NCBI GenBank assembly: GCA_048885925.1
Contig: JBHLLG010000009.1
Location: 1 to 64,000, forward strand
DNA length: 64,000 nucleotides
From: Candidatus Hermodarchaeota archaeon
GTDB lineage: Archaea > Asgardarchaeota > Lokiarchaeia > Sigyniarchaeales > SOKP01
Reading direction: 5' to 3'
Made by a program: the position numbers and the translations under genes. A model generated the notes under the pieces. That model was not told the origin of the DNA, searched no databases, and worked only from the letters and a program-made list of their open reading frames with translations. The first letter of the stretch is position 1. Each line of letters starts with the position of its first letter. This document shows, piece by piece, positions 62,075-64,000 of this stretch.

Positions 62075-62821
62075 TTAATAAAAATTTTCCCAAGGTCTTT
62101 CATCAATTCGTAGAGAAATTAAATAATCTCTAATCTGTTTTTTTAAAATACTAGGATCATATTCCCAACCGCCTTCCTTATTAAATGAAATACATTTAAT
62201 CTTATTGATATTTAATTGAGATTTAACTAATAAACCATACATAGCAACCTGAGGCAGAGAAATTAAAAAATTACCTTCGGGTTTATAATCAATAACTTTT
62301 ACAGTATCATTTTCAATTTGGATTAAATCAATATGTCCTGTGAGATATTCATTTTTCATTTTTTTCCAAATTGGTACTTCTTTTGCAATTGAATCTTTAT
62401 CATTAATTAAAATATACTTTAAAATAGGATCGTGTTTTGGGGGGATATTTAGATTTTCTTTAATAAAATTTTCATGAACAATTTGAGCGTATTTGGGAAG
62501 GTTTGATTCGGAGTCAAGTTTTTCAATCTTTCTACTTTGAATGAGTTTCTTGCTCAAACTCCTTATAAAAGCACTTTTTAGTCCAGAAATTTTAAATTGC
62601 GAAACTCGAGGATATTGTCTTTTATTAAATATACTATTCATATGTTTAAAATATTTTTTATTTAAGATTTTATGGAAATGTGTTTCAAGTTTCTCAAATT
62701 CATATGCGCGGGGATTAAATATAGAAATCTTATTTAAATGATGCTTATAATTCCAACTAAAGGAATATCGTATATGTTGATGATAAAAATTTTGATGATA
62801 AAGATTTAATTTTTTTTGCAA
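62075..62821 (-). CDS. PD-(D/E)XK nuclease family protein
   Basis: EVPIW, TGHIDLI, VIDYKP, QVAMY. Confidence 0.85.
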   Translation of the reverse strand: MQKKLNLYHQNFYHQHIRYSFSWNYKHHLNKISIFNPRAYEFEKLETHFHKILNKKYFKHMNSIFNKRQYPRVSQFKISGLKSAFIRSLSKKLIQSRKIEKLDSESNLPKYAQIVHENFIKENLNIPPKHDPILKYILINDKDSIAKEVPIWKKMKNEYLTGHIDLIQIENDTVKVIDYKPEGNFLISLPQVAMYGLLVKSQLNINKIKCISFNKEGGWEYDPSILKKQIRDYLISLRIDERPWENFY

Positions 62822-63188
62822 AATAAAAACTTTTTTTGATTTACCTTCCTGAAAAATATATTTGATATAATTCTTAAATTAAAATAAAGAGTTGTATTTA
62901 TTAAAAAGGATATGTTAACAATTTATTAATTTATCAAGAAGCTTATTAATTTAACCAGCATAACTTAAGATCTGACAGATTTTGAGATAATTAATTGAAT
63001 TTTTAGATTTTAATTATTTTCTTATTTTATTGGATTTTCTAAATAATTAGTAACTCTATAGTCCAATTGATTGAGATTTATATTTATTCCCTAACTACTA
63101 GATCTAAAAAATAAACATGCTAAAAATATATAAAGAAGTATAAAATTTATTAATTTGAAGAAGCAAAATAAAGGAGTTTCTAAAATCA

Positions 63189-63674
63189 GTGAAAAAGAAT
63201 AATAGAAATAAAAAAGTATCAAAAAAAATAAAAACAATGGATGATGAAGGTCTCACTGTCTCCTATAATAATGAGAATTTAAAACAGCTTTTCCCTCATT
63301 TATTAAAAGAAATGGCCGAAAACACAAAAATTATAAAAATAAATTCGAATATTAATGGAAATTTTCTAAAAAATATCCCTGAACATAAAAATATTAATAA
63401 AATATATCCTAATGAATTATATAATCCTACCGCCATTGATTTTATTAGAAGGTGTACAAAGAAAGAGGAGGCAATAGCTATTTTAGATTATTTATTGAAA
63501 AGGAATGAAATTAGTGAGAAAGATTATAACAAATACAGAAATATCATTTCAAATGAAGAAGGATTAAATCAACTTATTAAGGAAAGTGGTGGTCAAAAAC
63601 AACCTGGTTACTATATGAGAAAATATTATATGAAGAATTATAAAAATCAAACATTAAAAACAAATGAGGATTAA
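63189..63674 (+). CDS. DUF2095 family protein
   Basis: FPHLLKE, PTAIDFIRRC..EEA..ILDYL, PGYY. Confidence 0.88.
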   Translation: MKKNNRNKKVSKKIKTMDDEGLTVSYNNENLKQLFPHLLKEMAENTKIIKINSNINGNFLKNIPEHKNINKIYPNELYNPTAIDFIRRCTKKEEAIAILDYLLKRNEISEKDYNKYRNIISNEEGLNQLIKESGGQKQPGYYMRKYYMKNYKNQTLKTNED

Positions 63675-63681
63675 TATCATT

Positions 63682-63756
63682 TGACAGATGATGAACTTAT
63701 GACAAAGTTAGCTACTTGCTCTGTAGCAATGATATTGTCGCCCCAAACTGATGTCA
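63682..63756 (+). ncRNA. Box C/D guide sRNA, predicted target LSU G2251 (P-loop)
   Basis: TGACA stem, C box ATGATGA, internal GCTAC/GTAGC hairpin, C' ATGATAT, guide TGTCGCCCCA, D box CTGA, TGTCA stem. Confidence 0.88.
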
Positions 63757-63769
63757 TCTAAGAAAAAAA

Positions 63770-64000
63770 TCATTTTTCTAGCCTTTTTCGAAAATTAATA
63801 CCTTTTTCAGTTAAAAAATATTCGTCATTATTTTTTTTTATCAAACCTAAATCAAGTAAAACTGGAATTCTCCCATTTATACAAGTAATTGGTAAACCAG
63901 AAAATAATTTAATAGTTTCATAATTCTTTGCGCCATTTTCTATAGCAATTAATATTTCAATTCCCATATATCCCAAAAGATTTTTTAAATCTTTATTAGT
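63770..64000 (-). CDS. Winged-helix protein, 5' end probably beyond the window
   Basis: LLDLGLI..YFLTEKG; frame is open to position 64000. Confidence 0.65.
   Translation of the reverse strand, partial: TNKDLKNLLGYMGIEILIAIENGAKNYETIKLFSGLPITCINGRIPVLLDLGLIKKNNDEYFLTEKGINFRKRLEK

Noticed and set aside
62075-62821. Cas4 / CRISPR or defence locus
   Set aside because: PD-(D/E)XK motifs only; no Fe-S Cys set, no cas genes and no repeat-spacer array seen in the window.

Overview
Very AT-rich archaeal chromosomal window, most consistent with Asgard archaea (Lokiarchaeia-like). The assignment rests on an archaeal 16S 5' end, class I LysRS, two TFBs, Cdc6, archaeal r-proteins, and several roadblock, small GTPase, V4R and EMC6-like proteins. 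It is mostly housekeeping genes plus three tRNAs, one with a D-arm intron. Strongest leads: (1) an unannotated 9-codon peptide gene (MPLSGEPNA) with its own TATA, SD, hairpin and palindrome, upstream of a B12-dependent radical SAM gene and flanked by an MFS transporter and a 1214-aa multi-Lrp-like protein, i.e. a candidate RiPP or peptide-signalling module; (2) two unannotated C/D-box guide RNAs predicted to target LSU A1913 (H69) and G2251 (P-loop); (3) a tandem-roadblock / cDENN-like / MglA-like GTPase operon with a second GTPase lacking the intrinsic Arg; (4) a dispersed Tad/Flp-type pilus system with a poly-T-frameshifted prepilin peptidase and a leaderless pilin; (5) probable non-canonical start codons and several enzymes with altered metal ligands. 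All family calls are by motif recognition, without database searches.
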